64,000 bases of DNA from Thermodesulfovibrionia bacterium (GCA_030694425.1 JAUXYI010000010.1:18595-82594); one strand, 5' to 3'; positions 30,521 to 41,460 are shown, numbered from the stretch's first letter. Translations and numbers: made by a program. The notes: generated from the sequence alone by a model not told the origin.

Positions 30521-30866
30521 GTCTTCTGTCCGAACTCTTACTCGAAATCTCTCAACAGTAATTAATGCTTTCTTCTCTATATCATTCTTATGCGTTTCTA
30601 TTAATCTAATAAGAAATTTACCCTGTTCTTTTGCTGGAATATCTACTAATCTTATTATTGTGGAATGGGGTTTGCCGAAGACAAAGACGAGTTCTCCAAA
30701 ATCTTTATCAGCAGTAACTAATACCCAGCCCTCATCAAATGCTTTTTTGATAATGGCTTCATCACCAGGGTCTTTGCCAATCTCTGGTATCCACAACACA
30801 TCAAAACCAGAATCTTAAGGTCTTCTACTGCAAAACTTGAAATACAACTGTCGAGCAGGAATTTCA
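30518..30866 (-). pseudogene. DUF5615 (PIN-like) toxin gene, frameshifted
   Basis: The ATG at 30866 encodes MKFLLDSCISSFAVEDLKI, the canonical DUF5615 start. The rest of the domain (...FDVLWIPEIGKDPGDEAIIKKAFDEGWVLVTADKDFGE...) is in another frame, and a 1-nt indel near ctggtttt would join the two. Confidence 0.5.
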
Positions 30867-30872
30867 TTAGAG

Positions 30873-31115
30873 TTACACAGTGAGAGCAGGTTCAACCCTT
30901 TCGTGTGCAATTATCCGATGGGCATAGACAAGGCATGCCTGTATATCTTCTTTTTCCAAAAATGGATAGCCTTCCAGTAATTCTTCAACTGCAGAGCCGG
31001 CAGCAAGCATTCCAAGAATATGCTCTACAGCTATTCTCATTCCACGGATGATTGGCTTTCCACCAAAAATCGCAGGATTAAAAGTAATACGCTTTAGAAG
31101 TTCTTCGTCTTTCAT
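30873..31115 (-). CDS. DUF433 antitoxin-like protein
   Basis: 80 aa in a canonical DUF433-DUF5615 two-gene arrangement. Confidence 0.6.
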   Translation of the reverse strand: MKDEELLKRITFNPAIFGGKPIIRGMRIAVEHILGMLAAGSAVEELLEGYPFLEKEDIQACLVYAHRIIAHERVEPALTV

Positions 31116-31177
31116 TTTCTTTCCCCTCGTTTGTCTGTTTTACACAGTATAACATATTAGGAGAAATCCTAAAACTA

Positions 31178-31260
31178 TATAGGGGCTTGCTCAAGCCTTG
31201 CGGAAGCTTGCTTTCCTTGAGCAGGACTCACTTTTATTTCTTGAGCAATCTGACGCCCGC
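31178..31260. repeat. ATAGGGGCTTGCTCAAGCCTTGCGGAAGC... repeat (paired with 30350-30520)
   Basis: Direct reading of the sequence. Confidence 0.55.
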
Positions 31261-31495
31261 TCCACTCTGCCTCTGTCTTGCAAAGAAAACGCAAGATTTT
31301 AACCTTTACCTCATTATTTAAAATCTTATCTAACGGGTTATGCACTCTCATAAATTCGCCTGCTTTTTTATGTTTTGGAGCATAAACATATGTTTACAAA
31401 TCTAAACATAATATATTTTCAATATAGGGCAATGTCAAGTCAAGTTAAAAAAGGAATTATTTTACACAGCTAAAACAATTAAAGTATAATGTCCT

Positions 31496-33028
31496 ATGCT
31501 TTCTAAGATTCTGAGTGCAGCACTGATCGGGATTGACGCCCATGTAGTTGAGGTTGAGGTAGACATTACCTCGCGAGGGCTGCCCCATTTCTCCACTGTC
31601 GGCCTTCCGGATGCAGCAGTCAAAGAAAGTAAAGACCGGGTGAGAGCGGCGCTCAAAAATACAGGTTTCAATTTCCCGTTAAAACAAATAACCGTAAACC
31701 TTGCCCCTGCTGATATTAAAAAAGAGGGATCTTCATTTGACCTTCCTATTGCAATGGGAATAATAGTAGCAGAAGGAATTATAGAGCCGCGCTCTGTTGA
31801 AGGATATATGATCTCAGGGGAACTGTCATTAGATGGAAGGATAAAATCTATAAAGGGCGCCCTTTCAATGGCTATTACAGCAAGGGAACAAAAATTTAAA
31901 GGATTGATACTGCCTAAGGAAAATGCAAAAGAGGCTGCTGTTGTGAATGGTATACAGGTCTATGGAGTTGAGAGTCTGCCTCAAGTCATTGAATTTTTCA
32001 GGGGAAACAATATCATAGATTCAACGCCAATAGACATAGATTCTGCGATGAAAGAAAATTCTGTTTATCAGGATGATTTCTCAGATGTAAAAGGACAGGA
32101 ACATGTAAAACGGGCTCTTGAAGTTGCTGCAACAGGCGGACACAATGTGCTGATGATCGGTCCGCCTGGTTCAGGAAAGACAATGCTTGCAAAAAGAATA
32201 TCAACGATACTGCCTGATATGACTTTTGAAGAGGCATTGCAGACAACAAGGATTCATAGCGTAATGGGTTTATTAAAAAGCGGACAGTCTCTTCTTGCGA
32301 TAAGGCCCTTTCGCTCCCCTCACCATACACTGTCAGATGTAGCAATGGTTGGAGGCGGTCAAGTCCCAAAACCAGGAGAAGTGAGCCTTGCACACAGCGG
32401 AGTTTTATTTCTGGATGAGCTTCCAGAATTTAAAAGAAATGTCCTCGAAGTCCTGAGACAGCCAATTGAAGACGGCTCTGTTACAATTTCAAGGGCAGTA
32501 AGCTCTATCACCTATCCTGCATCAATAATGCTCGTATGCGCCATGAACCCCTGCCCGTGCGGCTATCTTGGAGACCCTCATCATCAGTGCACATGCTCTC
32601 CTTCCCAGATACATCGTTATCGTCACCGGGTATCAGGGCCCCTGCTTGACAGAATAGATATTCATGTGGAAGTCCCCGCAGTTCCCTATAAGGAACTTTC
32701 AAAGGATTTCTGCGGTGAGCCTTCTGCAAATATCCGCAAACGAATCCAAAACGCAAGGGAGATTCAGGTTGAAAGATTTAAAAAAGATAACATTTATTCA
32801 AATGCAAAGATGCGCTCAAAACACATTAAAAAATATTGCGCCCTTAAGCCTGAGGCTCAGAGTATTCTTGAGGCAGCAATGCATAAACTTGGCCTATCTG
32901 CAAGGGCATATACAAGGATACTAAAGGTCTCCCGCACAATTGCAGATTTGGCAGAATCAGAGCAGATTAATGCTGAACACATCTCAGAAGCTATTCAATA
33001 CAGGACTCTGGATAGAGGGATGTTTTAA
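31496..33028 (+). CDS. comM: YifB/ComM-family Mg-chelatase-like AAA+ ATPase
   Basis: A Lon-like N-terminal domain, Walker [14 protein letters not shown], and a zinc-binding C4 motif. Confidence 0.85.
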   Translation: MLSKILSAALIGIDAHVVEVEVDITSRGLPHFSTVGLPDAAVKESKDRVRAALKNTGFNFPLKQITVNLAPADIKKEGSSFDLPIAMGIIVAEGIIEPRSVEGYMISGELSLDGRIKSIKGALSMAITAREQKFKGLILPKENAKEAAVVNGIQVYGVESLPQVIEFFRGNNIIDSTPIDIDSAMKENSVYQDDFSDVKGQEHVKRALEVAATGGHNVLMIGPPGSGKTMLAKRISTILPDMTFEEALQTTRIHSVMGLLKSGQSLLAIRPFRSPHHTLSDVAMVGGGQVPKPGEVSLAHSGVLFLDELPEFKRNVLEVLRQPIEDGSVTISRAVSSITYPASIMLVCAMNPCPCGYLGDPHHQCTCSPSQIHRYRHRVSGPLLDRIDIHVEVPAVPYKELSKDFCGEPSANIRKRIQNAREIQVERFKKDNIYSNAKMRSKHIKKYCALKPEAQSILEAAMHKLGLSARAYTRILKVSRTIADLAESEQINAEHISEAIQYRTLDRGMF

Positions 33029-33031
33029 GAC

Positions 33032-33343
33032 TTACTGACAGCGGACTTTAAGATTGCTTACAAATTCTAAATAATTCTTGGGGCGTTCCAGAAGTTCAAG
33101 ACCCATACCATCATAAAAATCATCTGTCTTTACTATTCTGCTGACTTTAACGGGGATTTTTAGAATCTCCTCATTAACGGGAATAAGTATTTCAAACTTT
33201 GATTCAAAAGGGAAACACAATCTTGCACTAATAAATATGCCATTTTCTGAGAGATTAGCAATCTCTCCTGTATAAATTGAATTGCCGTAGAAAAATTTTC
33301 CCTCTATATTTGCAGACACCCTTTCAAAAGCTCTTTTATCCAT
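33032..33343 (-). CDS. single-domain PilZ protein
   Basis: RAFER ... NLSENG motifs. Confidence 0.7.
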   Translation of the reverse strand: MDKRAFERVSANIEGKFFYGNSIYTGEIANLSENGIFISARLCFPFESKFEILIPVNEEILKIPVKVSRIVKTDDFYDGMGLELLERPKNYLEFVSNLKVRCQ

Positions 33344-33538
33344 AAATTTCTCTCAATATATTTTACATTAGCATAAGTATTACATTAATATAAATATAAA
33401 ATTCTTAAGCAAAAAATACTCCAGCATATAAATACTTAAAAATCAAAGAGTTAGAATTCACATCATTTCCTAACCATATCAAAATGACAATTTATCTGTC
33501 ATTTTGGCAATATATTTATTAACCTATAAAAAGCATTT

Positions 33539-33570
33539 GGCCACAGATAAACACAGATAACCACAGATAG
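33539..33570. repeat. tandem CCACAGATAA / ACACAGATAA units
   Basis: ccacagataaacacagataaccacagata. Confidence 0.5.
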
Positions 33571-33705
33571 AATAACAAATTATGCTTATTTCATATTTCA
33601 CCAAAAAGGTGAAATATGAACTTCTTGTAACTCATTGAAAAATCCGTGTCAATCTGCGTAAATCAGCGGCTAACTGCCATTTTTAGGATAAACTCTCACC
33701 ATAAA

Positions 33706-34017
33706 TTACAAATATATTTTAAGGCTGTTTATAAATTCTAAATACTCATCAGGCTGTTCTAAAACTTCAACGCCAATGCCATCATAAAAATCTTTTGTCT
33801 TTATCATCCTGGCAATTTTAACAGGGACTTTTAAATCCCCTTCTTTACGAGGGATAAACACTTCAAATCTTGGTTCAAAGGGGAAATTACATTCCGTCCT
33901 GATAAACATGCCGTTTTCTGATATATTTGTAATCTTTCCTGTATAATTTTCATTGCAGCAGGAAAATTTTACCTCTATATTATTTACAAATATCCTTTCA
34001 AATGCTCTTTTATGCAT
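33706..34017 (-). CDS. single-domain PilZ protein
   Basis: RAFER ... NISENG motifs. It is 103 aa, like 33032-33343. Confidence 0.7.
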   Translation of the reverse strand: MHKRAFERIFVNNIEVKFSCCNENYTGKITNISENGMFIRTECNFPFEPRFEVFIPRKEGDLKVPVKIARMIKTKDFYDGIGVEVLEQPDEYLEFINSLKIYL

Positions 34018-34177
34018 AAATCCCTAATAAAAATTTTAAAAATTTAGCATTTATAGAAGATTTTTATCATATTAAATGCAATTTGTCAATGCCGAAAAAA
34101 CTACACCAGCGTTAGAAAAAATTACACTCGTATGCAGGCTTGATACAGGATTGGAGGATTCAAGAAACTAAATTAAA

Positions 34178-34370
34178 GATTATCCCGAATAGTCGGGACA
34201 AAATGCAAAATTAATCATATCTCAAAGCTTAGAACTCAAAGTTCAAAACCACAACCTTATAACTTATAACTTTACAGTTTTTAGCTGTAGTTTTGACTTT
34301 TGACATTTGAGTTTTGAGTTATATACTTCACAACTTTAATTTTTGCTTTTTTATTTTTGATTTATTTCAC
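34178..34370. repeat. AT-rich element: TCCCGAATAGTCGGGA palindrome plus AAAATGCAAAATT plus imperfect long palindrome (AACTCAAAGTTCAAAAC / GTTTTGACTTTTGACATTTGAGTT)
   Basis: Direct reading of the sequence. Confidence 0.55.
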
Positions 34371-34401
34371 TTGAACCCTTGAATCCTTATAAATTTAAAT
34401 C

Positions 34402-35316
34402 TTAAACATACGTCAGCCATGATTGATAAGCCTTCTCTTCTCCGCCTACTATCTTAAAGAAAAGGCTTTGTAGTTTTTTAGTTACTGGACCGGGCTTGCC
34501 TTTCCCGATAATCCTGCCATCCACCTCTTTAATTGGCGTTATTTCAGAAGCTGTGCCTGTCAGGAAGGCTTCGTCTGCAATATAAAGCTCATCTCTTGTG
34601 AAGTTTGCTTCTTTTACCTGAATATTTTCATTCTGCGCAATCTCAATTACAGTATTCCTCGTAATGCCCTCGAGGACAGATGTGAGCGGTACCGTCTTTA
34701 AAACTCCCTTCCTGACAATAAAAATATTCTGGCCGCTTCCTTCTGCTACATAACCCATTGTGTCAAGCAGTAATGCTTCATCATAACCGCAAGAGATGGC
34801 TTCTCTTTTGGCAAGCAAAGAATTAACATAATCACCGCATGTCTTGCTCTTTGTCATGGTTACATTTACATGGTGTCTTGCGAAAGAAGATATTTTCAGT
34901 CTGATACCGTTTTTAATGCCATCTTCACCGAGGTATGCTCCCCACGGCCAGACCGCTATGGCAACCCTTACAGGATTCTGCTTAGGATAAATGCCCATGG
35001 TCCCGTAACCAAGATAAACTATAGGTCGTATATAACACTCTTCAAGTTTATTGACCCTCACTGATTCAATAACAGCCTTACTAATCTCTTCAGGAGTATA
35101 TTCAAGTTTCATCTGCAAGATATGGCATGAATTAAAGAGTCTTTCTATGTGCTCTTTTAATTTGAATACTGCTGAACCTTTAGATGTTTTATAGCATCTT
35201 ATTCCCTCAAATGCTCCAAGACCATAATGTAATGTATGCGTGAGAATATGAACATTGGCATCAGCCCAGTTAACAAACTTGCCATCCATCCATATCTTTT
35301 TTGATTCCTTAATCAT
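34402..35316 (-). CDS. ilvE: branched-chain amino acid aminotransferase
   Basis: A fold-type IV PLP enzyme, ...[24 protein letters not shown]... Confidence 0.85.
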   Translation of the reverse strand: MIKESKKIWMDGKFVNWADANVHILTHTLHYGLGAFEGIRCYKTSKGSAVFKLKEHIERLFNSCHILQMKLEYTPEEISKAVIESVRVNKLEECYIRPIVYLGYGTMGIYPKQNPVRVAIAVWPWGAYLGEDGIKNGIRLKISSFARHHVNVTMTKSKTCGDYVNSLLAKREAISCGYDEALLLDTMGYVAEGSGQNIFIVRKGVLKTVPLTSVLEGITRNTVIEIAQNENIQVKEANFTRDELYIADEAFLTGTASEITPIKEVDGRIIGKGKPGPVTKKLQSLFFKIVGGEEKAYQSWLTYV

Positions 35317-35401
35317 TTTTTTTCTCCTAACCTATGGGTCATAGACAAATCTTTGACTGAAAAGCAGCATTAGATGTTTTACCTAAAAGGTATCCCTATT
35401 G

Positions 35402-36070
35402 TCAATAAGCAGGATATTGCGCTTCTGTCTCATCCCAGCCGTATTTGCCTATGAGCGGTACAAATACACAGGGAGTTGACGCTGATGTAGTTATGCCTGA
35501 AGGTGTTTTTCTAACCTGATAAAGCATCTGAGAAAATCTGCTGCCCACAGGAATAACAAGCCTGCCGCCGACTTTTAATTGCTTTATGTACGTATCAGGT
35601 ATCTGGGGCGCTGCAGCCGTGACTATTATGCCGTCAAAAGGCGCCTGCTCAGGCAGTCCCAGTGTCCCATCGCCAACCACCACATAGATATTTGTATATT
35701 TAAATCTTCTAAATCTCTCCTGCGTTTTTAGAGCAATCGTCTCAATTCTCTCCACGGTAAAAACTTCTGCAGCAAGCAGTGAAAGAACTGCTCCCTGATA
35801 GCCTGAGCCTGTCCCTATCTCAAGCACTTTTTCATCTCCTTTCAGTTCAAGTAATTCTGTCATTACCGCAACCATATAAGGCTGAGATATTGTCTGCCCT
35901 TCTCCTATAGGCAAAGCGCAATCATCATATGCCCTTTCCGGAAAAGCATCCCCAACGAATAAATGCCTCGGTACGGTTTCCATTGCCTTAAGAACACGCT
36001 CGTCTTTTATTCCCCGCGGTATAAGCTGCTGCTCAACCATCAGTTCTCTGAGTTTTTTAAAATCTTCCAT
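35402..36070 (-). CDS. pcm: protein-L-isoaspartate O-methyltransferase
   Basis: LEIGTGSGYQGAVL SAM motif. The gene pairs with surE. Confidence 0.85.
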   Translation of the reverse strand: MEDFKKLRELMVEQQLIPRGIKDERVLKAMETVPRHLFVGDAFPERAYDDCALPIGEGQTISQPYMVAVMTELLELKGDEKVLEIGTGSGYQGAVLSLLAAEVFTVERIETIALKTQERFRRFKYTNIYVVVGDGTLGLPEQAPFDGIIVTAAAPQIPDTYIKQLKVGGRLVIPVGSRFSQMLYQVRKTPSGITTSASTPCVFVPLIGKYGWDETEAQYPAY

Positions 36071-36077
36071 AGAAAGT

Positions 36078-36135
36078 CTAATGTAAAAATTATCCCGAAT
36101 AGTCGGGATGCATTTTGCATTTTTATTTTTGAATT
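36078..36135. repeat. TATCCCGAATAGTCGGGATG palindrome plus ATTTTGCATTTTT unit
   Basis: Direct reading of the sequence. Confidence 0.55.
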
Positions 36136-37508
36136 CTTCTTAATATCTCTCTCGCTGCAATTATTCCTGACGCTGAAGCCTGTATAAGTCCTCTGCTGAC
36201 ACCCGCACCGTCACCCACAGCAAAAAGGTTTTGAATCTCTGTCTCAAGGTTGCTGTCAAGTTTAAGTTGTCTTGAATAGAACTTAACTTCAACACCGTAA
36301 AGAAGCGTATGACGGCTGTTAACACCCGGGGCAATTTTATCCATTGCCTTAAGCATTTCAAGGATATTTGAAATATAACGGTAGGGAAGAACAAAACTCA
36401 GGTCCCCTGGAACAGCATCTGAAAGCGTTGGTTTCACATGGCCCCTCGCTATCCTTACAGGAGTTGACCTCCTGCCCGCATGCAAATCCCCGAGTCTCTG
36501 CAAAATAACCCCATTGCCTAAAAGATTCGCAAGCCTTGCAATATATCTTCCATATAAATGGGGCTCATCAAAAGGCTCTGTGAAAAAAGTACTCACAAGA
36601 AGGGCAAAATTTGTATTGTCAGTTGTCCTGTTGGAATAACTGTGGCCATTAACACTCCATACGCCTTTTACATATTCTTTCACAACCTCTCCATAAGGAT
36701 TTACACAAAAAGTTCTAACCTTATCATTAAATTTTTTTGAATAAAAAATCAGTTTCGGCTCATAAACAACCTTTGTAATCGGCTCCAGTACTGAGGCAGG
36801 AAGCTCAACCCTGACTCCTATATCCACAGGATTTTTCAATAGAGAAAGCCCCATAACCCTTGCCTGCTCTTCAAGCCAGAGGGAACCCTCTCTGCCAGGC
36901 GCAATAATTACAAAATCTCCATGGATAATTTCTCTATCCCTTGTTTCAACGCCAATAACTTTATCGTTCTCAAATAAAATTGTTTTAACTTCCTTAGAAA
37001 ATCGAATATCTATTTTAGAGTTGAGATCCGCCTTCATTTTCTTGAGAAGTTCAGGACATCGGTCTGTCCCGATGTGTCTTATACGGGACGGTATAAGTAT
37101 GAGCCTATTTTTTTCTGCTCGATTTTTAAGTGCATTAACTTTATCTTCATCCCCGCCGTAAACATTAGAAGGCGCTCCATATCGCAGATAGATTTCATCT
37201 GTATAATTTATAAGGTCCTGTAAAACCGCATCATCTACATATTTTGACAGATTGCCGCCGATATCCCTGGAAAGAGTAAGTTTGCCGTCGCTGAAGGCCC
37301 CGGCTCCTCCCCATCCGCATAAAAGACTGCACTCAGGGCATGTCCTGCAGGCGACCTTGTCAGCCTTTGTAGGGCAAACCCTTGCCTCTATGTCCTTGCC
37401 CTTTTCAAGTAAAAGTATCTTGAGCTTTTTATTATGGGATAGCAGCTCGAGTGCGGAAAAAATACCTGCTGGTCCGGCACCGATTATAATGACGTCATAG
37501 TGTTCCAT
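36123..37508 (-). CDS. FAD-dependent oxidoreductase (COG2509-like) with Cys cluster
   Basis: MEHYDVIIIGAGPAGIF dinucleotide motif and CPTKADKVACRTCPECSLLCGWGGAG. Confidence 0.65.
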   Translation of the reverse strand: MEHYDVIIIGAGPAGIFSALELLSHNKKLKILLLEKGKDIEARVCPTKADKVACRTCPECSLLCGWGGAGAFSDGKLTLSRDIGGNLSKYVDDAVLQDLINYTDEIYLRYGAPSNVYGGDEDKVNALKNRAEKNRLILIPSRIRHIGTDRCPELLKKMKADLNSKIDIRFSKEVKTILFENDKVIGVETRDREIIHGDFVIIAPGREGSLWLEEQARVMGLSLLKNPVDIGVRVELPASVLEPITKVVYEPKLIFYSKKFNDKVRTFCVNPYGEVVKEYVKGVWSVNGHSYSNRTTDNTNFALLVSTFFTEPFDEPHLYGRYIARLANLLGNGVILQRLGDLHAGRRSTPVRIARGHVKPTLSDAVPGDLSFVLPYRYISNILEMLKAMDKIAPGVNSRHTLLYGVEVKFYSRQLKLDSNLETEIQNLFAVGDGAGVSRGLIQASASGIIAAREILRRIQK

Positions 37509-37512
37509 ATCT

Positions 37513-37613
37513 AAAAATGCAAAAATTAAAATGCAAAATGTAAAATTAAGGAGTTATTTTATAAAATTTTTCTTCCTTAATTTTGTCCCGACTATTCGGG
37601 ATGATTTTTGATT
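37513..37613. repeat. AT-rich AAAATGCAAAAT...TCCCGACTATTCGGGATGATTTTTGATTTT element
   Basis: Direct reading of the sequence. Confidence 0.6.
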
Positions 37614-38372
37614 TTACATCCTCCATTTCTTCCTCATATACTCAAGCGCCTTATAATTTGTTAAGTCAAGATGAATCGGAGTAACCGAGATAAAGCCTTC
37701 CTGAATTGCCTCAAAATCAGTATCCTCGCCGCGGTGCCATAAAGGCGTACCGCCGCCAATCCAGTAATGTTTTCTCCCGCGCGGGTCTGACATTTCCTGG
37801 ATGGAATTATCATACGCCCTCTTGCCCTGTCGGGTGAGTCTCATGCCTTTAACTTTAAAGATATCTGGAACATTTACATTTAAAAGGGTGTCTGGCGGTA
37901 GACCTTCTTTAATAACCATAGACACAAGCCTTTGTGCAAATCTTGCTGCATCCTGAAAGCCTGAATATTTTTTTTTATTATTCAGGGGTTCCGTAACTAA
38001 AGATATAGCAATTGAGGGGATGCCAAGAAAAGTCCCTTCTATTGCTGCTGCTACTGTACCCGAATATGTTATGTCATCGCCCATGTTGCCCCCGTGATTT
38101 ATTCCTGAGACTATGATATCAGGTTTTTGAGGAAGTAGCCTGTTAACGCCCAGAATAACACAATCCGTCGGGGTACCGTTTATGAAATAGACCTTTTTGT
38201 TTAAGTTCGCAAATTTTAATGGCCTGTGAAGGGTGAGCGCATGTCCCACGGCGCTTTGCTCCCTCTCCGGGGCAACGACGTAAACATCTCCTAAAGAACG
38301 CAACGCCTTTGCGAGAGTCCTGATACCAAATGAGCCTACTCCGTCATCGTTTGTGACAAGAATGACCGGCAT
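37614..38372 (-). CDS. surE: 5'/3'-nucleotidase SurE
   Basis: MPVILVTNDDGVGSFGIRTLAKAL. Confidence 0.85.
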   Translation of the reverse strand: MPVILVTNDDGVGSFGIRTLAKALRSLGDVYVVAPEREQSAVGHALTLHRPLKFANLNKKVYFINGTPTDCVILGVNRLLPQKPDIIVSGINHGGNMGDDITYSGTVAAAIEGTFLGIPSIAISLVTEPLNNKKKYSGFQDAARFAQRLVSMVIKEGLPPDTLLNVNVPDIFKVKGMRLTRQGKRAYDNSIQEMSDPRGRKHYWIGGGTPLWHRGEDTDFEAIQEGFISVTPIHLDLTNYKALEYMRKKWRM

Positions 38373-38487
38373 AACATGTGTATTTTAACAAAACTTGGCT
38401 ATGTTTAGACTATATATTTTTTAAATACTATATTAAGTTCCTTGTAAAATTATAAATTAATGGTAAAATTTTAATTAAGGTCATTAA

Positions 38488-39224
38488 GGGAAAAAAGAAC
38501 CTTGCCCGCTCAGAAAAATCTTAAAAACAAAATCCCCTGTTATAGTGACACATACTCACTATGACAGCAAAGGAAACAAAATTCTTGTTGAGATTAATGC
38601 ATCACCTGTATTGGATAAAAAAGGGAATGTGGTTCAGATTATAGAGTTGTGCAGAGATATTACTGAACGCAAGAAAATCGACGAGGCGCTGAACGAAATA
38701 AATTAATAAAAGAACTTGAGCATACGTCACAAACAGACGGACTCACAGGTTTGCTGAACAGACAACATCTAAATAAACGGCTCTCTGAAGAAATCAGCAG
38801 AGCAAAAAGATACGGAAATCCGCTCTCTCTAATAATGTTTGATATTGATAATTTCAAAAAGATTAATGATAAATACGGGCATATTGCCGGAGACAAAATA
38901 TTACAAAAAATTGCCAGCGTCTTAAAGGAAACACTCCGGAATACTGATATAGCAGGAAGATTTGGCGGAGATGAATTTATTGTTATATTAGTTCAAACAG
39001 ATATAAATGTTGGCATGCAGGTAGCAGAACGCATTCATTCCCGGGTTGAGCAGGCGCGAATTACACCCAAAAAAGAACAATCTATCAATTTCATTATCAG
39101 TATGGGTATCTGCCAGTACAATAAAGGGATAAAAAGCCTTGAAGATTTTATCGCAAAAGTAGATGAAGGTTTATACAGGGCAAAACACACCGGATACAAT
39201 AAAATTTGTAAGGCAAAAGATTAA
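38488..39224 (+). pseudogene. PAS-GGDEF diguanylate cyclase remnant (5'-truncated, frameshifted)
   Basis: Frame A (38488-38703) encodes the end of a PAS domain, ...ELCRDITERKKIDEALNEIN**. The frame with IKELEHTSQTDGLTGLLNRQHL...RFGGDEF continues to 39224. A -1 shift in gaaataaattaataaaag joins the two. No start codon and no N-terminal PAS half were found. Confidence 0.55.
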
Positions 39225-39233
39225 ATAGGAAAT

Positions 39234-39309
39234 GGTCGGGGCGAGCAGATTTGAACTGCCGACCACTCGCACCCCAAGCGAGTGCGCTACCAGGCTGCGC
39301 TACGCCCCG
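39234..39309 (-). tRNA. tRNA-Pro (anticodon GGG)
   Basis: The minus-strand cloverleaf reads CGGGGCG-TA-GCGC-AGCCTGGTA-GCGC-A-CTCGC-TTGGGGT-GCGAG-TGGTC-GGCAG-TTCAAAT-CTGCT-CGCCCCG-ACCA. Confidence 0.85.
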
Positions 39310-39314
39310 TTTTA

Positions 39315-39423
39315 TCAAATTTAAAAATTAAATATCAAAATGTAAAATTAAGCAATTTTTAATTATTAATTTTTTACCACAATTTTGATTTTTGTCCCGA
39401 CTTATTCGGGATGATTTTTAATT
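39315..39423. repeat. AT-rich AAAATGTAAAATTAAG...TCCCGACTTATTCGGGATGATTTTTAATTTT element
   Basis: Direct reading of the sequence. Confidence 0.6.
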
Positions 39424-39765
39424 TTATCTCAGTATTTTTAAAATCTCTTTAAGCCGCTTTTTAACATTTTCAATTGTCTCTATGCCAACCGTTTTCTTCT
39501 TCAGCGAATCTTTCTTAAATTTCTCCTTAACGCCTGCAATTGTATATTTTTCATTATACAGAAGGTTTTTTATTTGAAGAATAAGTTCCAGATTATTTTT
39601 TGTATAAACGCGCTGTCCTGCTTTATTTTTTCGGGGTTTTAAAAAAGGGAATTCAGATTCCCAGTATCTTAAAACATAAGACTCCACCTGGGCTATTTCA
39701 CTGACTTCTCCGATTTTATAGAAAAGTTTCTCTGGGATTATCCTTTTCTGGAGTGCAGGCTCCAT
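39424..39765 (-). CDS. MerR-family transcriptional regulator
   Basis: The HTH KIGEVSEIAQVESYVLRYWESEF lies downstream of ihf. Confidence 0.7.
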   Translation of the reverse strand: MEPALQKRIIPEKLFYKIGEVSEIAQVESYVLRYWESEFPFLKPRKNKAGQRVYTKNNLELILQIKNLLYNEKYTIAGVKEKFKKDSLKKKTVGIETIENVKKRLKEILKILR

Positions 39766-39774
39766 AATTTAAAA

Positions 39775-40053
39775 TTACGCCTTTTCAACCACTGCCTTAA
39801 ACTCTAAACTCGGCTTAAATGTAATTACTTTCCTTGCTGTTATCTCCATCTCTTCTCCCGTCTTTGGGTTTCTGCCCCTGCGAGAACTTTTCTTCCTCAC
39901 TAAAAAAGTGCCAAATCCGGTTATCTTGATTGATTCTCCTTCTGAGAGAATGCTCTTCATGGAGCTAAAAAGCGTCTCAATCATTTCTACTGCTTCCTTT
40001 CTTGCAAGCCCCACTTTTTCATAAACCTTGTCCGCTAAATCTGCCTTTGTCAT
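39775..40053 (-). CDS. ihfA: integration host factor / HU-family DNA-binding protein
   Basis: ...GFGTFLVRKKSSRRGRNPKTGEEMEITARKVITFKPS... Confidence 0.8.
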   Translation of the reverse strand: MTKADLADKVYEKVGLARKEAVEMIETLFSSMKSILSEGESIKITGFGTFLVRKKSSRRGRNPKTGEEMEITARKVITFKPSLEFKAVVEKA

Positions 40054-40247
40054 AGTTCCTCCTGCTCTACGAGTCGTAGATTATTTCTCAAAGCAAAGAA
40101 CACAACAGCTTCCCGTGTGCTCTCAGGATGTAGATTTATTCTACGCCATCATATATATATATTTGTTAAATTATAAGGGGATATACATGCCTTGTCAAGA
40201 TAAATTAGTTTAATAAAAAATATAATTAGCTAATGATAATAAATTTT

Positions 40248-40324
40248 ATCCGCAGATTTCACAGATTAAAATATCAATATATCTTTTTTAAAAATCTGTG
40301 TAAATCTGAGTAATCTGTGGATTG
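40248..40324. repeat. inverted arrays of tandem CACAGATT units
   Basis: atccgcagatttcacagatt...aaaatctgtgtaaatctgagtaatctgtggat. Confidence 0.6.
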
Positions 40325-40333
40325 ATTTAGTTT

Positions 40334-41362
40334 TTAAAAAACCAACCACGGCTGCGGCAGGAATAATTTTTCATACATCATAAGTGCAAACCGGTCAGTC
40401 ATTCCAGCTATAAAATCACACACTATCCTTTCTTTCTTGTCTATTGTTTCCTTCGGTATCTCTTTAAACACTTCATCAGTATGCTTTAGATAATAATCAT
40501 ATAGGTCAAAGAGAATCTTTTTTGCCTTTTTAAATTCCCTTTTTGTCACTTCACTCTCATAAATATTTTCATAGAGGAAATCTCTCAGGGCATACGTTGT
40601 TTTTTTGATATCATCGCTCATCTGAATTTCTTTAAGCCCGTTAGCCTGTGAGGTATAAATAACATCCCTGACCAATGTATTAATCCTCTTAGAATGGGAC
40701 TCTCCTATCTTGAAGAACTCCTGTGGTATATCGGACTTCTTGAGCACGCCTGCCCTCATCGCATCATCAAGGTCATGATTAACATAAGCAATGATATCAG
40801 AAATCCTGACCACCTCGCCTTCAAGAGTCATGATTTCCCCTTGCTTTGAAAAAATTTTCCCTTTGCCCTTTGAATGTTTTAAAATCCCGTCCCTTACTTC
40901 ATGGGTAAGATTAAGACCCTGTCCGTTTCTCTCAAGGACATCCACAACCCGCAGGCTCTGCTCGTAATGCTCAAAACCTCCGGGATAAATTTCGCGAAGG
41001 ACATCTTCTCCTGCATGCCCAAAAGGCGTATGTCCAATGTCATGCCCGAGGGCAATAGCCTCTGTAAGGTCTTCATTAAGCCTGAGCGCCCTTGCGATTG
41101 TCCTTGCAATCTGTGACACTTCAAGGGTATGCGTCAACCGCGTTCTGTAATGATCGCCCTTTGGGGCAAGAAATACCTGTGTTTTATGTTTTAGCCTTCT
41201 AAATGCCTTTGAATGTATAATCCTATCTCTGTCCCTTTGAAAGCATGTCCTTATATCGCCTTCTTTTTCGGGTTTTAACCTGCCTTTACTCTGTGAACTC
41301 AGACATGCCTTTGGATGAAAGGTTTTTCTCTCTATTTCTTCTGTCTGTTCACGGATTGTCAT
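40334..41362 (-). CDS. dgt: dGTPase-like HD-domain phosphohydrolase
   Basis: [16 protein letters not shown]...[11 protein letters not shown]. Confidence 0.8.
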   Translation of the reverse strand: MTIREQTEEIERKTFHPKACLSSQSKGRLKPEKEGDIRTCFQRDRDRIIHSKAFRRLKHKTQVFLAPKGDHYRTRLTHTLEVSQIARTIARALRLNEDLTEAIALGHDIGHTPFGHAGEDVLREIYPGGFEHYEQSLRVVDVLERNGQGLNLTHEVRDGILKHSKGKGKIFSKQGEIMTLEGEVVRISDIIAYVNHDLDDAMRAGVLKKSDIPQEFFKIGESHSKRINTLVRDVIYTSQANGLKEIQMSDDIKKTTYALRDFLYENIYESEVTKREFKKAKKILFDLYDYYLKHTDEVFKEIPKETIDKKERIVCDFIAGMTDRFALMMYEKLFLPQPWLVF

Positions 41363-41460
41363 ACAAATAGATTAAATTGTCGGTTCTTTATATTCAAGAC
41401 CTCTTTTTAGATCATTTACTAAGCAGTTCATAAGTAGTAACACATCATTGGCTCCTTTTT

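Noticed and set aside
33344-33705. The AT-rich 360-bp gap between the two PilZ genes as a possible ncRNA or prophage remnant.
   Set aside because: It contains only simple AT-rich sequence and the short CACAGATAA tandem. No conserved RNA structure or ORF could be supported by eye.
39234-39309. tRNA-Pro as an integration site for the defence island.
   Set aside because: The island (about 46.9-55.3 kb) is separated from the tRNA by 7 kb of intact housekeeping genes (ihf, dgt, dinG, rmuC, sixA). No integrase or direct repeat of the tRNA 3' end was found in the window.
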